From an uncultured Pseudomonadales bacterium (GTDB lineage Bacteria; Patescibacteriota; Microgenomatia; UBA1400; PJMF01), in the NCBI GenBank assembly GCA_964457085.1, contig CAYWDM010000001.1, positions 242,914-306,913 on the forward strand: DNA of 64,000 bases. The letters are read 5' to 3'. Within the stretch, counting starts at the first letter, position 1. Each line of letters opens with the position of its first letter. Both the position numbers and the translations under genes were made by a program. Of this stretch, positions 19,704 through 29,172 are shown piece after piece. A model generated the notes under the pieces. It worked only from the letters and a program-made list of their open reading frames with translations. It was not told where the DNA came from and ran no database searches.

Positions 19704-20580
19704 TTTTATACACCACTAAAATAATGCTCAAAATAATGAGCAATCCTCCAATAAATTCAAATATGTCAGGTGTTTCCTTTAGGAAAATAATCGATAACAA
19801 AATTCCAGATACAGGAACGAGAGCGGTAAAAACTCCTGCCGTGGATGCACTTACCTGTTTCAGACCTTTAAACCATAAAATAAATGATATGTACGTTAGA
19901 AAAACTCCGTAATAAACAATTAGCCCGAGTCCAAAAAGCGAGAATGACGAAACATCTAAATGAACCATGTCATAGATTGCTGTAGGCAATGACAGACCAC
20001 AACTTAACAACGTGACCATCCCAGCTATAGCCATTGGACTGACATTTTTATTTAGCTTTTTAGCAAAAACACTGAAACATGCTTCGCCAAATACAGCGAG
20101 AACGACAAGTGCTGTCCCAATTAATAGTCCTGAGCCCAAAGTAACTGTAATTCTATTTGCTAGATATGCAGTAGCTAGCCCCACAACAGCCAATCCAATT
20201 CCAGCTTTTTCCTTTATTGAAAGTTTCTCTTTCAAGAATAAAACAGCCAACACCGAGATCATTGCAGGTTGCAGTGCCGTTAAAATTCCGGCAAAACTAG
20301 CATCGATATATTTAAGACCCAGGAAGAAAAATATTCTATATAAAACCGTACCTAGTAGTGCTTGCAAACCTAGATAAAAATAATCATTCTTGGTAAGTTG
20401 CTTGCTTTTCAACAACGGGATAATGCTCGGCAAAAAAAGCACTGAAGCAATTAATAAACTTAAAAATGATGATAAAAATATTGGTAATGAATCTGTAATG
20501 TATTTACCAACTACCACAGAAGACCCCACAATTATCATTGCTAGCGATAGGTAACTATAAGCTTTTATCTTTTCATTCAT
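19693..20580 (-). CDS. EamA/DMT-family transporter
   Basis: 295 aa, about ten TM helices with a duplicated EamA-like architecture. Overlaps the racemase start by 11 nt. Confidence 0.7.
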   Translation of the reverse strand: MNEKIKAYSYLSLAMIIVGSSVVVGKYITDSLPIFLSSFLSLLIASVLFLPSIIPLLKSKQLTKNDYFYLGLQALLGTVLYRIFFFLGLKYIDASFAGILTALQPAMISVLAVLFLKEKLSIKEKAGIGLAVVGLATAYLANRITVTLGSGLLIGTALVVLAVFGEACFSVFAKKLNKNVSPMAIAGMVTLLSCGLSLPTAIYDMVHLDVSSFSLFGLGLIVYYGVFLTYISFILWFKGLKQVSASTAGVFTALVPVSGILLSIIFLKETPDIFEFIGGLLIILSIILVVYKNEK

Positions 20581-20582
20581 TG

Positions 20583-20828
20583 TTATTTTTCAGTTAAAAA
20601 TTTGAAATGCCCCAATTTCAATTCTTTCGCACCTCGAGTCACTGTAGCTATACCGACATTGAGCTGTGTTGATATCTCTCTATGTGCTGTTTTCTTGAGC
20701 AACAACTTAATAATATCAACTCTTTTTTCAAATGTTTCAATCTCCTCAGGAGAAAACATGCTTTCCAAAAAATCTCTGGCCTCGTGCTCAGATTTAATTG
20801 TTTGGAGTAATTTTATTAGTGTATTCAT
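20583..20828 (-). CDS. TrpR-like DNA-binding protein (YerC/YecD family)
   Basis: 81 aa; ...EHEARDFLESMFSPEEIETFEKR...ISTQLNVGIATVTRG matches the Trp-repressor-fold HTH proteins. Confidence 0.6.
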   Translation of the reverse strand: MNTLIKLLQTIKSEHEARDFLESMFSPEEIETFEKRVDIIKLLLKKTAHREISTQLNVGIATVTRGAKELKLGHFKFLTEK

Positions 20829-21057
20829 GTACTAGTATGATAGTACAATCAATTAATGATGTCAAGGGAATAGGGAAGAATTCAAAAAAAATAAGATTGA
20901 GTAATGTGCGGAGGACGATTATTATTTAGAACCGTTTTCTGATATTTCTTCTGAATACTTGGTTCAAGTTGCAAAGCTGACGGAAAATTTTAAAGCTGTT
21001 AGAAATCAAAACGATATTAGTATAAATATAAATGATTATTAGGTAATATACGAATAT

Positions 21058-21687
21058 ATGATAATTTCTTTAATTGGTATGTCTGGGGTCGGAAAAAGTT
21101 ATTGGTCAACCAGATTAGAACAAGAAGCTGGCTATACAAGGATTTGTTGTGACGATTTAATTGGTCAAAGTTTAGCCGCAAAGCTTTCAGCTTTAGGAAT
21201 AAAAAGTGATTTACGTTCAATCGCAGAATGGCGAGGTTTACCGTATGAAGAACAGTATGTAAATAATGAACGCATGCAAATACTCAATGAACAGAAAATC
21301 ATGGAAGTTGTTTGCCAGCAATCGGATAACTCAAAAAATGAAAATATTATCATAGATACCTCTGGAAGTCTCGTCTACATTGATAAACAGGTGATTCAGA
21401 GACTGAAAAATTTATCAAAAATGGTTTATATTGTTGCGGGTAAAGAGCAGGAACACGAGTTATATAACGACGAAGTAATATTTCATCGACCGTTAGTTTG
21501 GGGTAATTCATACCAACCAAAAGATAATGAGCTTCAAAAAGAAGCTATGAGAAGATGTTTCACTGAATTAATTTCATGGAGATCGAAACAGTACGAGAGA
21601 TGGGCGTCTATTTCAATACCATATATACATTTGCGTCAGAAGATAAAAACAACAAAAGAATTCATTGATCGAATAAATCAATATTAA
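21058..21687 (+). CDS. P-loop NTPase (shikimate-kinase-like kinase)
   Basis: Walker A GMSGVGKS at the N-terminus, followed by CDDLI (the DxD of shikimate/gluconate-kinase-like enzymes). Confidence 0.55.
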   Translation: MIISLIGMSGVGKSYWSTRLEQEAGYTRICCDDLIGQSLAAKLSALGIKSDLRSIAEWRGLPYEEQYVNNERMQILNEQKIMEVVCQQSDNSKNENIIIDTSGSLVYIDKQVIQRLKNLSKMVYIVAGKEQEHELYNDEVIFHRPLVWGNSYQPKDNELQKEAMRRCFTELISWRSKQYERWASISIPYIHLRQKIKTTKEFIDRINQY

Positions 21688-21700
21688 ACTTATCTCATCT

Positions 21701-21715
21701 TGTGCCCGGGAGAGG
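21701..21715. repeat. 15-bp direct repeat (duplicate of the tRNA-Leu(GAG) 3' end), distal copy
   Basis: tgtgcccgggagagg is identical to 21847-21861. Confidence 0.7.
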
Positions 21716-21810
21716 TATCCCAGATTACTTCGTATCTGGAGACATTTCTCGAGTCCCTTCAGAACTCGAAGTGCAGACTTTCACCTACGGTTCAAGCTCA
21801 TCACGATATA

Positions 21811-21846
21811 TTTTTAAATATCACACATTTGTGTGATATTTAAAAA
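21811..21846. repeat. perfect 16-bp AT-rich inverted repeat (hairpin)
   Basis: tttttaaatatcacac-attt-gtgtgatatttaaaaa, immediately 3' of tRNA-Leu(GAG). Confidence 0.8.
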
Positions 21847-21848
21847 TG

Positions 21849-21929
21849 TGCCCGGGAGAGGACTTGAACCTCCACAGATTTCTCCGCTACCACCTCAAGG
21901 TAGTGCGTCTACCATTTCGCCACCCGGGC
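21849..21929 (-). tRNA. tRNA-Leu(GAG)
   Basis: Type II tRNA. Acceptor GCCCGGG/CCCGGGC, anticodon stem CTACC/GGTAG, loop TTGAGGT, long variable arm, T-loop TTCAAGT, discriminator A. Confidence 0.9.
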
Positions 21930-21970
21930 ATATTAAGTTGCCAAACCCCAGCCATGGTGACTGAGATTGG

Positions 21971-22052
21971 TGCCGGGGAGAGGACTTGAACCTCCATGGA
22001 TTGCTCCACACGCTTCTGAGACGTGTGCGTCTACCAATTTCGCCACCTCGGC
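21971..22052 (-). tRNA. tRNA-Leu(CAG)
   Basis: Type II tRNA. Anticodon stem CACGT/GCGTG, loop CTCAGAA, T-loop TTCAAGT. One A-C mismatch in the acceptor stem. Confidence 0.85.
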
Positions 22053-22125
22053 GTTTGTGGTCAAAAACCACAGCCATTATTGTAACACTTCAACTGTGCG
22101 TACAACTGTGTAAACCCAGGCAAAT

Positions 22126-22863
22126 TTAGTGAGGAATAAATCCACGATAACGACTCACTCTCGGAAACTTGCGATAGAACGCCTCTAACACTAATTCCGC
22201 AGCCTTATCGATTGAATAGCAAGCGGTATTAATTGAAAGATCATAATTAACACATTTGGTGATGTCTTTTTTAAAGTACTGCTTAATGAATTCTTCTCGT
22301 TCCGAGGCAATTTTTGAGTTCTGAGTTTTTGCTTGTGTTCGACTGATTTTGTCGAAATCCATAGTTCGCTGAGTGCGAAGCTCCTCAGGTGCCACAATGT
22401 TTACGTGCAAACCTTTTTCGAATGGACTGATAAAACTAGCACCTCGACCTACAATCACTACTTTACCCTGATAAATGTGTGCCAAGATGACTTTGGTCAG
22501 TTCTTTAATGTAAGTGTAATCATCAACATACTCCTTATTCAGCATCGCATGAATGACGTCGTTGAAACGACTGCGACTTTTTTCATCAACAGCCTGAATA
22601 ATTGCTCGTCGTTTTTTGGTAGATTCGGCAATGTCGTCAATCAACTCCTCATCAAGAAAGTGAAAACCAAGCATATCAGCCACTTTACGGGCAATTGGTC
22701 TACCCATACTGCCAGGTTGTCTGGCTACAGTAATGAATGGCTTGCTAAAAAGAACTTGGTTATCTTGAGAAAAATTAAAAATGTCCTTAACGTTCATCAC
22801 CTTCATTAATCTATTGATTAGTGGATAGTAGTGTAGGCTCATAATATTGAATATTGTATCCAA
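22126..22863 (-). CDS. cytidylate-kinase-like family protein
   Basis: FITVARQPGSMGRPIARKVADMLGFHFLDEELI, a degenerate P-loop typical of the cytidylate-kinase-like family. Confidence 0.55.
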   Translation of the reverse strand: MDTIFNIMSLHYYPLINRLMKVMNVKDIFNFSQDNQVLFSKPFITVARQPGSMGRPIARKVADMLGFHFLDEELIDDIAESTKKRRAIIQAVDEKSRSRFNDVIHAMLNKEYVDDYTYIKELTKVILAHIYQGKVVIVGRGASFISPFEKGLHVNIVAPEELRTQRTMDFDKISRTQAKTQNSKIASEREEFIKQYFKKDITKCVNYDLSINTACYSIDKAAELVLEAFYRKFPRVSRYRGFIPH

Positions 22864-22997
22864 TCCATCCCGTTTGCCAATACATCTGAGGTGTGTCTCG
22901 ACTACAGCATGCTGCAGTATCGCTAACTTATCAAAAATTAGTCATAATTACTATCCACCCGCTCCACAGTACGATTTTTTGTACATCAAGTGTTATA

Positions 22998-24566
22998 CTA
23001 ACTCTGTCTACAATGCCTCTGTAGCTTAACGGATAAAGTACCGGTCTTCGGAACCGTGGATAGGGGTTCGATTCCCTTCAGGGGCACATTTCCTTGAAAA
23101 GCCTTATTAATGTCTGTAATTACCTCAAGTACGTAGGGTGTTCGATAGTTTTCACCATCCCATTGTAGTTTTTTCGGAAATATCGAACTCTGATAGAGGA
23201 TTTTGTCTTGTACTTCGAGTATCTTCCACTGTTCTGGAATGTTTGTAACAAATCTTTTGGCAAAGGTCGTAACTTCTTTCCAATCAACTTCTACATACTG
23301 TGGTTTGCTTAAAGGCTCTCTTAACGACTCACGCTCAAGATCAATAGCATGCTTCTTGAGGGAAAAGGTGTCTGAATCAATTAATCCTTCAATTCTCATA
23401 TCAACTAGGCGATCCTGCTTCTTTTGAAGTTCTACCATACGCTTTTCTATGTTAATTTCACTTTCTTTCTGAAACTTTAGCCCATCACCTAGCTCCTCCA
23501 GAAACATCTCAAAATATAGGTCAACTGCTTCTTTAGGAGGTTCAATCTCACCAAATAAATTGAGAAGCTGGGTGTGCATTGTGTCCGAGCTATAGTTGCC
23601 AGAATCACGATGTGGGCAGAAGTAGTACCCATATCTGGCACCAGATTTACCTCTAGATAGTGCACCAGTAATGAAGTGATCACAAGGTGCTTGGACAAAA
23701 CCTCTTAAGGGAAAGTGTTCATTATTCTTTTTACGAATTACCTTTGGGTTTCTGCCTTCTCGGATTGCCTTGCATCTATTCCATAAATCGAGTGGGATGA
23801 TTGGCTGATGTTTGCCTTGCCGTACCTTGCCATCAAGTTTTGATTCAGTCAGTCCAATGTAAAAAGAATGAGCCAATAATTTTTCCACTTGTTGATGAAT
23901 GATTCTGAATGGCCTGTTATTAACATTCAATAAGCCAAGTCCATTTAATTCGATAGCAATAGCTTTATAGGTGTAACAACCAGTCGCATAGAGCTCAAAC
24001 ATCCTCTTAATCGCAATCGATGAGTCAGGGTCTATTTGTGCAACACTTAACTTCACTCCTTCGACATGAGGCAAGAAATATCCGAGTGGGGGATTCCATG
24101 GCCATAAACCCTCATCCAGGCGACGTATCATGCCTAGTTTCGTGCGTTCAGTCCTAATATCGTTATCATATTCATTAACAGCGGCCAATATGCCCTCAAT
24201 CATCTTTCCTGAGCCATCTTCACTGATGTTTTCGGTTGCACTGCGTAAAAGTATTTTTCTCTTTAGTAACTGAGCACGCAACCAGTGATGTTGATCTTGA
24301 GAACGAGCAAAACGATCGAGTTTATAAACTAAAAGAATATCAAATTGTTTCTTGTGAGAATCACAATAATCAAGAAGATCCAAGACACGCTCATTACTTG
24401 ATTTGTTTGCAGAGACAGCTTCGTTTTTAACAACATCAACAAGTATCCAACCATTACGACCACAGGTACTACGACAGATAGCTTCTTGAGTATTAAGTGA
24501 GGTGTTAGCGACTTGCTTGTTGTCTGAGATTCTCAAGTAAGCAACTACTCTGAGTGCGTTTGCCAT
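22998..24566 (-). CDS. large serine recombinase (integrase)
   Basis: N-terminal resolvase catalytic domain (VVAYLRISDNKQ with the catalytic Ser, LDRFAR), then a recombinase domain (WNPPLGY) and a Cys-containing zinc-ribbon region. 522 aa. The 3' end runs antisense across the whole tRNA-Arg gene. Confidence 0.85.
   Translation of the reverse strand: MANALRVVAYLRISDNKQVANTSLNTQEAICRSTCGRNGWILVDVVKNEAVSANKSSNERVLDLLDYCDSHKKQFDILLVYKLDRFARSQDQHHWLRAQLLKRKILLRSATENISEDGSGKMIEGILAAVNEYDNDIRTERTKLGMIRRLDEGLWPWNPPLGYFLPHVEGVKLSVAQIDPDSSIAIKRMFELYATGCYTYKAIAIELNGLGLLNVNNRPFRIIHQQVEKLLAHSFYIGLTESKLDGKVRQGKHQPIIPLDLWNRCKAIREGRNPKVIRKKNNEHFPLRGFVQAPCDHFITGALSRGKSGARYGYYFCPHRDSGNYSSDTMHTQLLNLFGEIEPPKEAVDLYFEMFLEELGDGLKFQKESEINIEKRMVELQKKQDRLVDMRIEGLIDSDTFSLKKHAIDLERESLREPLSKPQYVEVDWKEVTTFAKRFVTNIPEQWKILEVQDKILYQSSIFPKKLQWDGENYRTPYVLEVITDINKAFQGNVPLKGIEPLSTVPKTGTLSVKLQRHCRQS
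23015..23086 (+). tRNA. tRNA-Arg(TCG)
   Basis: Acceptor GCCTCTG/CAGGGGC, anticodon loop CTTCGGA, T-loop TTCGATT, discriminator A. One C-U mismatch at the top of the anticodon stem. Confidence 0.85.
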
Positions 24567-24696
24567 ATTTCTTTATAGTCTCTCTTGCGGCTATTCTAGC
24601 AATAGTACGTAAATAGTTAAGTTGTACTTCCAATTCCTCATCACTAAACTTATCACCAAACCCAGCCAGTAACTTCCGAGCCCGGTGGATTGTCAC
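24505..24696 (-). CDS. small helical protein (possible directionality factor or regulator)
   Basis: 63-aa ORF. Its stop abuts the Rep stop and it overlaps the integrase start by 62 nt in another frame. It may be real or may lie in non-coding spacer. Confidence 0.25.
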   Translation of the reverse strand: MTIHRARKLLAGFGDKFSDEELEVQLNYLRTIARIAARETIKKYGKRTQSSCLLENLRQQASR

Positions 24697-25658
24697 TCAG
24701 TACCTCCAACAAGACCGTTACCAAGTAGTGGATAACATACCTTTTCCTCATCGAGGGGCAGGAGGAGCTTGACGCTAACAAGCCTTGCCAATTCCTCAGA
24801 CACGAGTGGTTGCTCACCTCTTAAGACGGAAAGTAGGGGTAACACCACCCCCGGTGGCCGAGCACAAGACCGACTGATGGAAAATCTCCGCTCAAAAAAC
24901 TTAAACCCAGACTGCTTGCCATCCTCAAACCCCTTTGCTATATACCCCGTGATGTATTTACCAATTGCCTCTAGGTTTCTCACTTTCTCAACTCGCATGA
25001 TGTGGCCACCACCGACATGCGTCCATAGATCTCGTACTACCTCAATGGGTACAAACTTATTAAGCAAGATGTGAAGATGAGCATTGCCATTTTTCTGGAA
25101 CTCAATCACCCAAACGTATTTAATTTTGGAATCACTGGTATCAAGCTTAAACTCAGCACGGGAATCGTTCTTGGTATAGGAAAATTTCTTACGCTTTAAG
25201 ACAGTTAGAAAGTGATTAAAGAGCTTGGTAATATACGCATGTGTTCTGTTGTCTGGCTGAATATACTCTGGAGGAATCTTTGTAGGGTCTAGGGTGAGGG
25301 TTAAAAAATACTCTAGGAAATTGAGCTCTATCACTGACTGAAGCAAGTATCTGGCATAGATTGCTTTTTTAACCTGGCAGACTGGACACGACCAAGAATT
25401 ACAACCAATTCTACCGATGGTCAGTTGTTTGGGAGAACCAAGACTTAACTCAAGTTTTGCAATCTTATGCTTGCCACAAAAGAATGGTCTACTGGTTTTG
25501 GTACGAAATGGCTTGCCCCGAAGTTTCTCTTTTGAGATGGCAATCTTATGTCTAACTACTTGATCCTGTTGAGATGATCTAATATTAGTCAAGAATAGGA
25601 GGTGGGAATCACCTCCGGGGTTAGGAACTGGTAAACGGTTTTTATTAACTTCCCTCAT
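24693..25658 (-). CDS. rolling-circle replication initiator (HUH endonuclease, phiX174-A/P2-A-like superfamily I Rep)
   Basis: Zinc-finger CNSWSCPVC; HUH motif NAHLHILL; tyrosine motif KYITGYIAKG (YxxxY...K). Confidence 0.65.
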   Translation of the reverse strand: MREVNKNRLPVPNPGGDSHLLFLTNIRSSQQDQVVRHKIAISKEKLRGKPFRTKTSRPFFCGKHKIAKLELSLGSPKQLTIGRIGCNSWSCPVCQVKKAIYARYLLQSVIELNFLEYFLTLTLDPTKIPPEYIQPDNRTHAYITKLFNHFLTVLKRKKFSYTKNDSRAEFKLDTSDSKIKYVWVIEFQKNGNAHLHILLNKFVPIEVVRDLWTHVGGGHIMRVEKVRNLEAIGKYITGYIAKGFEDGKQSGFKFFERRFSISRSCARPPGVVLPLLSVLRGEQPLVSEELARLVSVKLLLPLDEEKVCYPLLGNGLVGGTE

Positions 25659-25702
25659 AGATGAGGCAAGTTTAAAAAACTTTAGAAAAAGTGAGATATC
25701 AG

Positions 25703-26563
25703 CTAGTCAGGAAGTAAGTGAGATTCACTAAGAAAAATAAGATAGTCTATTTCAAGGTTGGTAACCGAATCAGATTCAGAGTAGTTTGATTGTAGTTTCC
25801 TGAATCTCAACAGCTTATTAGCCACCCAACCTTCATCAGAAAGGTATGGATGATCACTATATTTTTCACATAAAATGCTCGAAATCTGACTTGGAGTTTT
25901 ACCTGCAAGATATAGCTCATTCATTTCATGGGTGAGGCGTAACTCAGTAAAGTTAATTGATTTATCAACATTAAAAGGAAGCGATGAGATTGCCAAATCA
26001 ATCTTGTTTTTATTCTTATCAATCCACTCGTGTAACTCGTTTATTGTCATTCTTCTTCTAATAATTAAGCCCAGATTCCAACCAGGCAAATAATCAGGTT
26101 GATATTCTTCCTCTGAGTACATGTCGTCTCTATTACTAAAATCTATAACAATATCTTCAATCATCGTCACGGGATTTTCAGAATAGTCATGCTCTATATA
26201 TGAGTCATATCTCATGAGTAGATATAAATTGAACTCTTCAAATGAGGGTGATTCATAACCAAATTGCCAAATCAACCAACGAACTGCCTCAGTCAATTTT
26301 AGATATTCATCCCATAATTGTTTATATTTTCTATGAGATAAGGTGCTTGAAAAGCCTGATGGCAATGGGAAGCTATCTTTAAAAAGCTTTCTCCTAACTT
26401 GAAAAAATGGCAGGCTTAAATATTTACCAATCAAGTTTTCAGTAAGTGAACTACACACATCAGTTTCAACAATGCAACCATTCTTAAAAGCAAAGATAGA
26501 TACATCCATTTTTTTCACGAGTGGTATTATACAATTAAGAAAAAAGATATGTGGATACCTCAC
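25703..26563 (-). CDS. hypothetical protein with a possible C-terminal sigma-70-region-4/LuxR-like HTH
   Basis: C-terminus LRLTHEMNELYLAGKTPSQISSIL...ANKLLRFRKL. The start is ambiguous: GTG at 26563 or ATG (MDVSIF) at 26509. Confidence 0.45.
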   Translation of the reverse strand: MRYPHIFFLNCIIPLVKKMDVSIFAFKNGCIVETDVCSSLTENLIGKYLSLPFFQVRRKLFKDSFPLPSGFSSTLSHRKYKQLWDEYLKLTEAVRWLIWQFGYESPSFEEFNLYLLMRYDSYIEHDYSENPVTMIEDIVIDFSNRDDMYSEEEYQPDYLPGWNLGLIIRRRMTINELHEWIDKNKNKIDLAISSLPFNVDKSINFTELRLTHEMNELYLAGKTPSQISSILCEKYSDHPYLSDEGWVANKLLRFRKLQSNYSESDSVTNLEIDYLIFLSESHLLPD

Positions 26564-27502
26564 TTCGGATACATGCTTTGGGAAAATGGGAAATGCTCAA
26601 TAGACAGCAGAAGGCAATCAAAAATTGACAACACCGAACGTGTCTTTAATGTAAGCTTTATTCTTGAAAATGTTGATCAGAGAAAAATAGACAGCACTGT
26701 TTTTGAACTTAATGAGAACATGATACGTACTTTGAATGAAGTATCACCATCAGGTAATGTCGTTAATAACCTAATAATGTTTGAAAAGAATTCAGACGGA
26801 AGATTATCGAGAATTCATCTCAAAATTAACACGACTAACTTTCAAAGTGCAGTTGAGAAGTCATATAACTCTATAGCTAAATTACTAAGCGTTGTTACAT
26901 TTTCGACAGCAAATCCTCTTTCCATATATCAGATTGTGGTGGAGGATTGCACCCATAATGTGGCGTGGGAAGCTTTTCCGCAGCAAGTAGGATCTGAAAA
27001 ATGGGCATTGCCGGGTGGCATTGAACTAAACAAACTATTTTGTTCCGCATTTGCTTTATATAGAGAAGGTAGAAATAGTAATAGCCCGATATATAGATTT
27101 TTTTGCTTTTATAAAATTCTAGAAGGCTTTTATAAAAGCAGAGATTTATTTAAAGACGCAGATGTAATTATTAAGAGTTTGGTTACTCGCAACCCTGAAT
27201 TAAAACGCACTAAACGGAAGATCAACAGTGATTTGCTCCTGAAGGCACTTGCAAAAACAAAGTATCCTGATTTAGAAGGAAAAACATATGGAGAATTTTT
27301 TAAATGGATTACAGCACAACACAGACATTTAGTTGCACACATATTTCCTAAAGACTACACTCAAGAGCAATGGATTAATGTTGACGATTTTGACACCTAT
27401 ACTGAATTTGCTATAGTCGGAAATATTGTAGATTTGGTTGTAAGAGATTTATTAGAAGATGAATTACGTTTATGGGAAAAAATTAATATGAAATTAAAGT
27501 AA
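26549..27502 (+). CDS. hypothetical protein, possible HEPN-like (Rx4H) domain
   Basis: QHRHLVAH contains an R-x4-H signature. No SD. The start is uncertain because it overlaps the 5' end of the divergent gene. Confidence 0.4.
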   Translation: MWIPHFGYMLWENGKCSIDSRRQSKIDNTERVFNVSFILENVDQRKIDSTVFELNENMIRTLNEVSPSGNVVNNLIMFEKNSDGRLSRIHLKINTTNFQSAVEKSYNSIAKLLSVVTFSTANPLSIYQIVVEDCTHNVAWEAFPQQVGSEKWALPGGIELNKLFCSAFALYREGRNSNSPIYRFFCFYKILEGFYKSRDLFKDADVIIKSLVTRNPELKRTKRKINSDLLLKALAKTKYPDLEGKTYGEFFKWITAQHRHLVAHIFPKDYTQEQWINVDDFDTYTEFAIVGNIVDLVVRDLLEDELRLWEKINMKLK

Positions 27503-27535
27503 TATTATTGAAATTTTTTTAGAGGAAACACAATA

Positions 27536-28114
27536 ATGCAAATCATAAACTGGTCTAGTTGGAATAGTATTTGTAATCTTCAAGCAATAAGCTATGTATG
27601 TGGATTCTGTGGAAATAAGGTCGGCACTTCACATGGATACTATTCATCAGAAACTGCTCACAACTCAAAGATTTATATATGTACAAATTGTGGTCGTCCA
27701 ACACTTTTTGATGGCTGGGATGAACTACAAAAACCAGGACCAATGCTGGGTAAGGATATTGCAAAGCTCCCTGACGATATTTCCAAGATTTATAACGAGA
27801 TTAGAAGTTGTATAAAAGAAAATAACAACACGTCCGCCGTATTGACAGCGAGAAAACTAATTATGCACCTAGCGGTGAATGTAGCTGGTGCAAAAGAAGG
27901 CGATACGTTCGTTAATTACATCGACTATTTAAATAAATCTGGTTATATACCTCCAAAATCAAGTTCTTGGTTAAAAAAGATTAAAGATGATGGTAATGAG
28001 AAAAGTCATGAACTAAAACTATCAAATTCTGAGGAATCGCGCGTGCACTTAAGTTTTATTGAATTGCTACTATCATTTATGTATGAGTATTCAGATGATG
28101 AAGCCGCTACTTAG
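27536..28114 (+). CDS. zinc-ribbon protein with a C-terminal DUF4145-like (HEPN-superfamily) domain
   Basis: GAGGAAA SD upstream. N-terminal CGFCGN...CTNCGRP. C-terminal ARKLIMHLAV...KKIKDDGNEKSHE resembles the (R/K)xxGNxxxH motif of DUF4145. Confidence 0.5.
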   Translation: MQIINWSSWNSICNLQAISYVCGFCGNKVGTSHGYYSSETAHNSKIYICTNCGRPTLFDGWDELQKPGPMLGKDIAKLPDDISKIYNEIRSCIKENNNTSAVLTARKLIMHLAVNVAGAKEGDTFVNYIDYLNKSGYIPPKSSSWLKKIKDDGNEKSHELKLSNSEESRVHLSFIELLLSFMYEYSDDEAAT

Positions 28115-28161
28115 TGAGAATACTAATTAACTATTACTAAATTATTGTTATCGAATTAAGG

Positions 28162-29118
28162 TTATAGTCTAAAATTACTAACCAAATTTTGATCATCTGA
28201 GATAATTTTTAGTGCGTAGTAAGGTTTGTTTTGACGTAAATCATAAACAAAAAAACATACACCTTTCACTGAAGTTTCTCTTATTATTTCAAATACTTTT
28301 TTCTCTAGTTCAATAATCTCAGCTTTCCATCTATCTGGATTCTTCAATTCAGCAAACAAACTTGGAAACAAATGATTTACTGGTAAACTCCCCACAGAAA
28401 TAAAAAGTACATTGCAAGGTCTCTTATTTAGCTGCCTATGTTTTTCATTGATCTTATTAGATAAATCATTTATCAAACTATCTAATGGATTAGACATATC
28501 CTGTTCGAACTCCCAACTTATGATTCCTGGCTGAATGTCAGGAATCGGGTGAATTGAGAAACCTTCATATTTAAAAACACCTCCTGAATTAACACTAATT
28601 GATAATTGCTCAATAACATTTCGTTGATACGTCTCATCCCTGTATGCAAACGACTTGAGTGTTTGCAATTCTGCACTGACTTTTAACCCATACAAAGGAA
28701 TTATTTTGTTTTGACTAAGGTATTGCTGAATTCGCTCAACGAGAACCCATTCGGCAAAAGTCTCAAGAAAGCATGTAACTTCTATACCATATTCAGTTCC
28801 AGATATGTTGATACATGCATCAACGTCACCGCCAGTCAGTATTTCTTTTAATCCAGAATTTTGTGATCTGACATAGTCTAAGATATACCGCTCAGCAGTG
28901 ATTGTTACCATCCGATCATTACTTTTTAAAAACCACTCCTTTAGCTTTGATACTCCTCCTGATTGGCTCAACAAATATTTAACTTTGTTATCAATCACTT
29001 TAACGGATGACTCCATACCCATGTCATCCATCCACCTCAACACTACGGGAAACTTAAACCAATCACTTTGAATTTTCTTACCGCTGAAAAATTTATCAAG
29101 ACTGGCATAACTCGACAT
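28162..29118 (-). CDS. hypothetical protein (318 aa)
   Basis: Intact ORF with no recognisable motif, part of the element cargo. Confidence 0.45.
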   Translation of the reverse strand: MSSYASLDKFFSGKKIQSDWFKFPVVLRWMDDMGMESSVKVIDNKVKYLLSQSGGVSKLKEWFLKSNDRMVTITAERYILDYVRSQNSGLKEILTGGDVDACINISGTEYGIEVTCFLETFAEWVLVERIQQYLSQNKIIPLYGLKVSAELQTLKSFAYRDETYQRNVIEQLSISVNSGGVFKYEGFSIHPIPDIQPGIISWEFEQDMSNPLDSLINDLSNKINEKHRQLNKRPCNVLFISVGSLPVNHLFPSLFAELKNPDRWKAEIIELEKKVFEIIRETSVKGVCFFVYDLRQNKPYYALKIISDDQNLVSNFRL

Positions 29119-29172
29119 AAAGTTATTATACTTCAGATACTATTACGAAAATAAAAATAGTATTCTATTATC

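Noticed and set aside
21895-22077. 60-aa ORF on the minus strand
   Set aside because: It is the coding-strand readout of the two tRNA-Leu genes. Spurious.
22998-24566. Integrase as a tyrosine (phage lambda-type) recombinase, as expected for tRNA-targeted elements
   Set aside because: The N-terminus has the resolvase-type catalytic Ser context (YLRISDNKQ, LDRFAR), then recombinase and zinc-ribbon domains. There is no R..H..R..Y tetrad. The same holds for 59667-61427.
26509-26573. Both divergent genes (25703-26563 and 26549-27502) using their longest ORF starts
   Set aside because: That would make the two 5' ends overlap by 15 bp, leaving no promoter space. At least one start must be internal (ATG 26509 for the minus gene, or ATG 26573 or 26720 for the plus gene). 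The coordinates given are the maximal ORFs, with this uncertainty noted.
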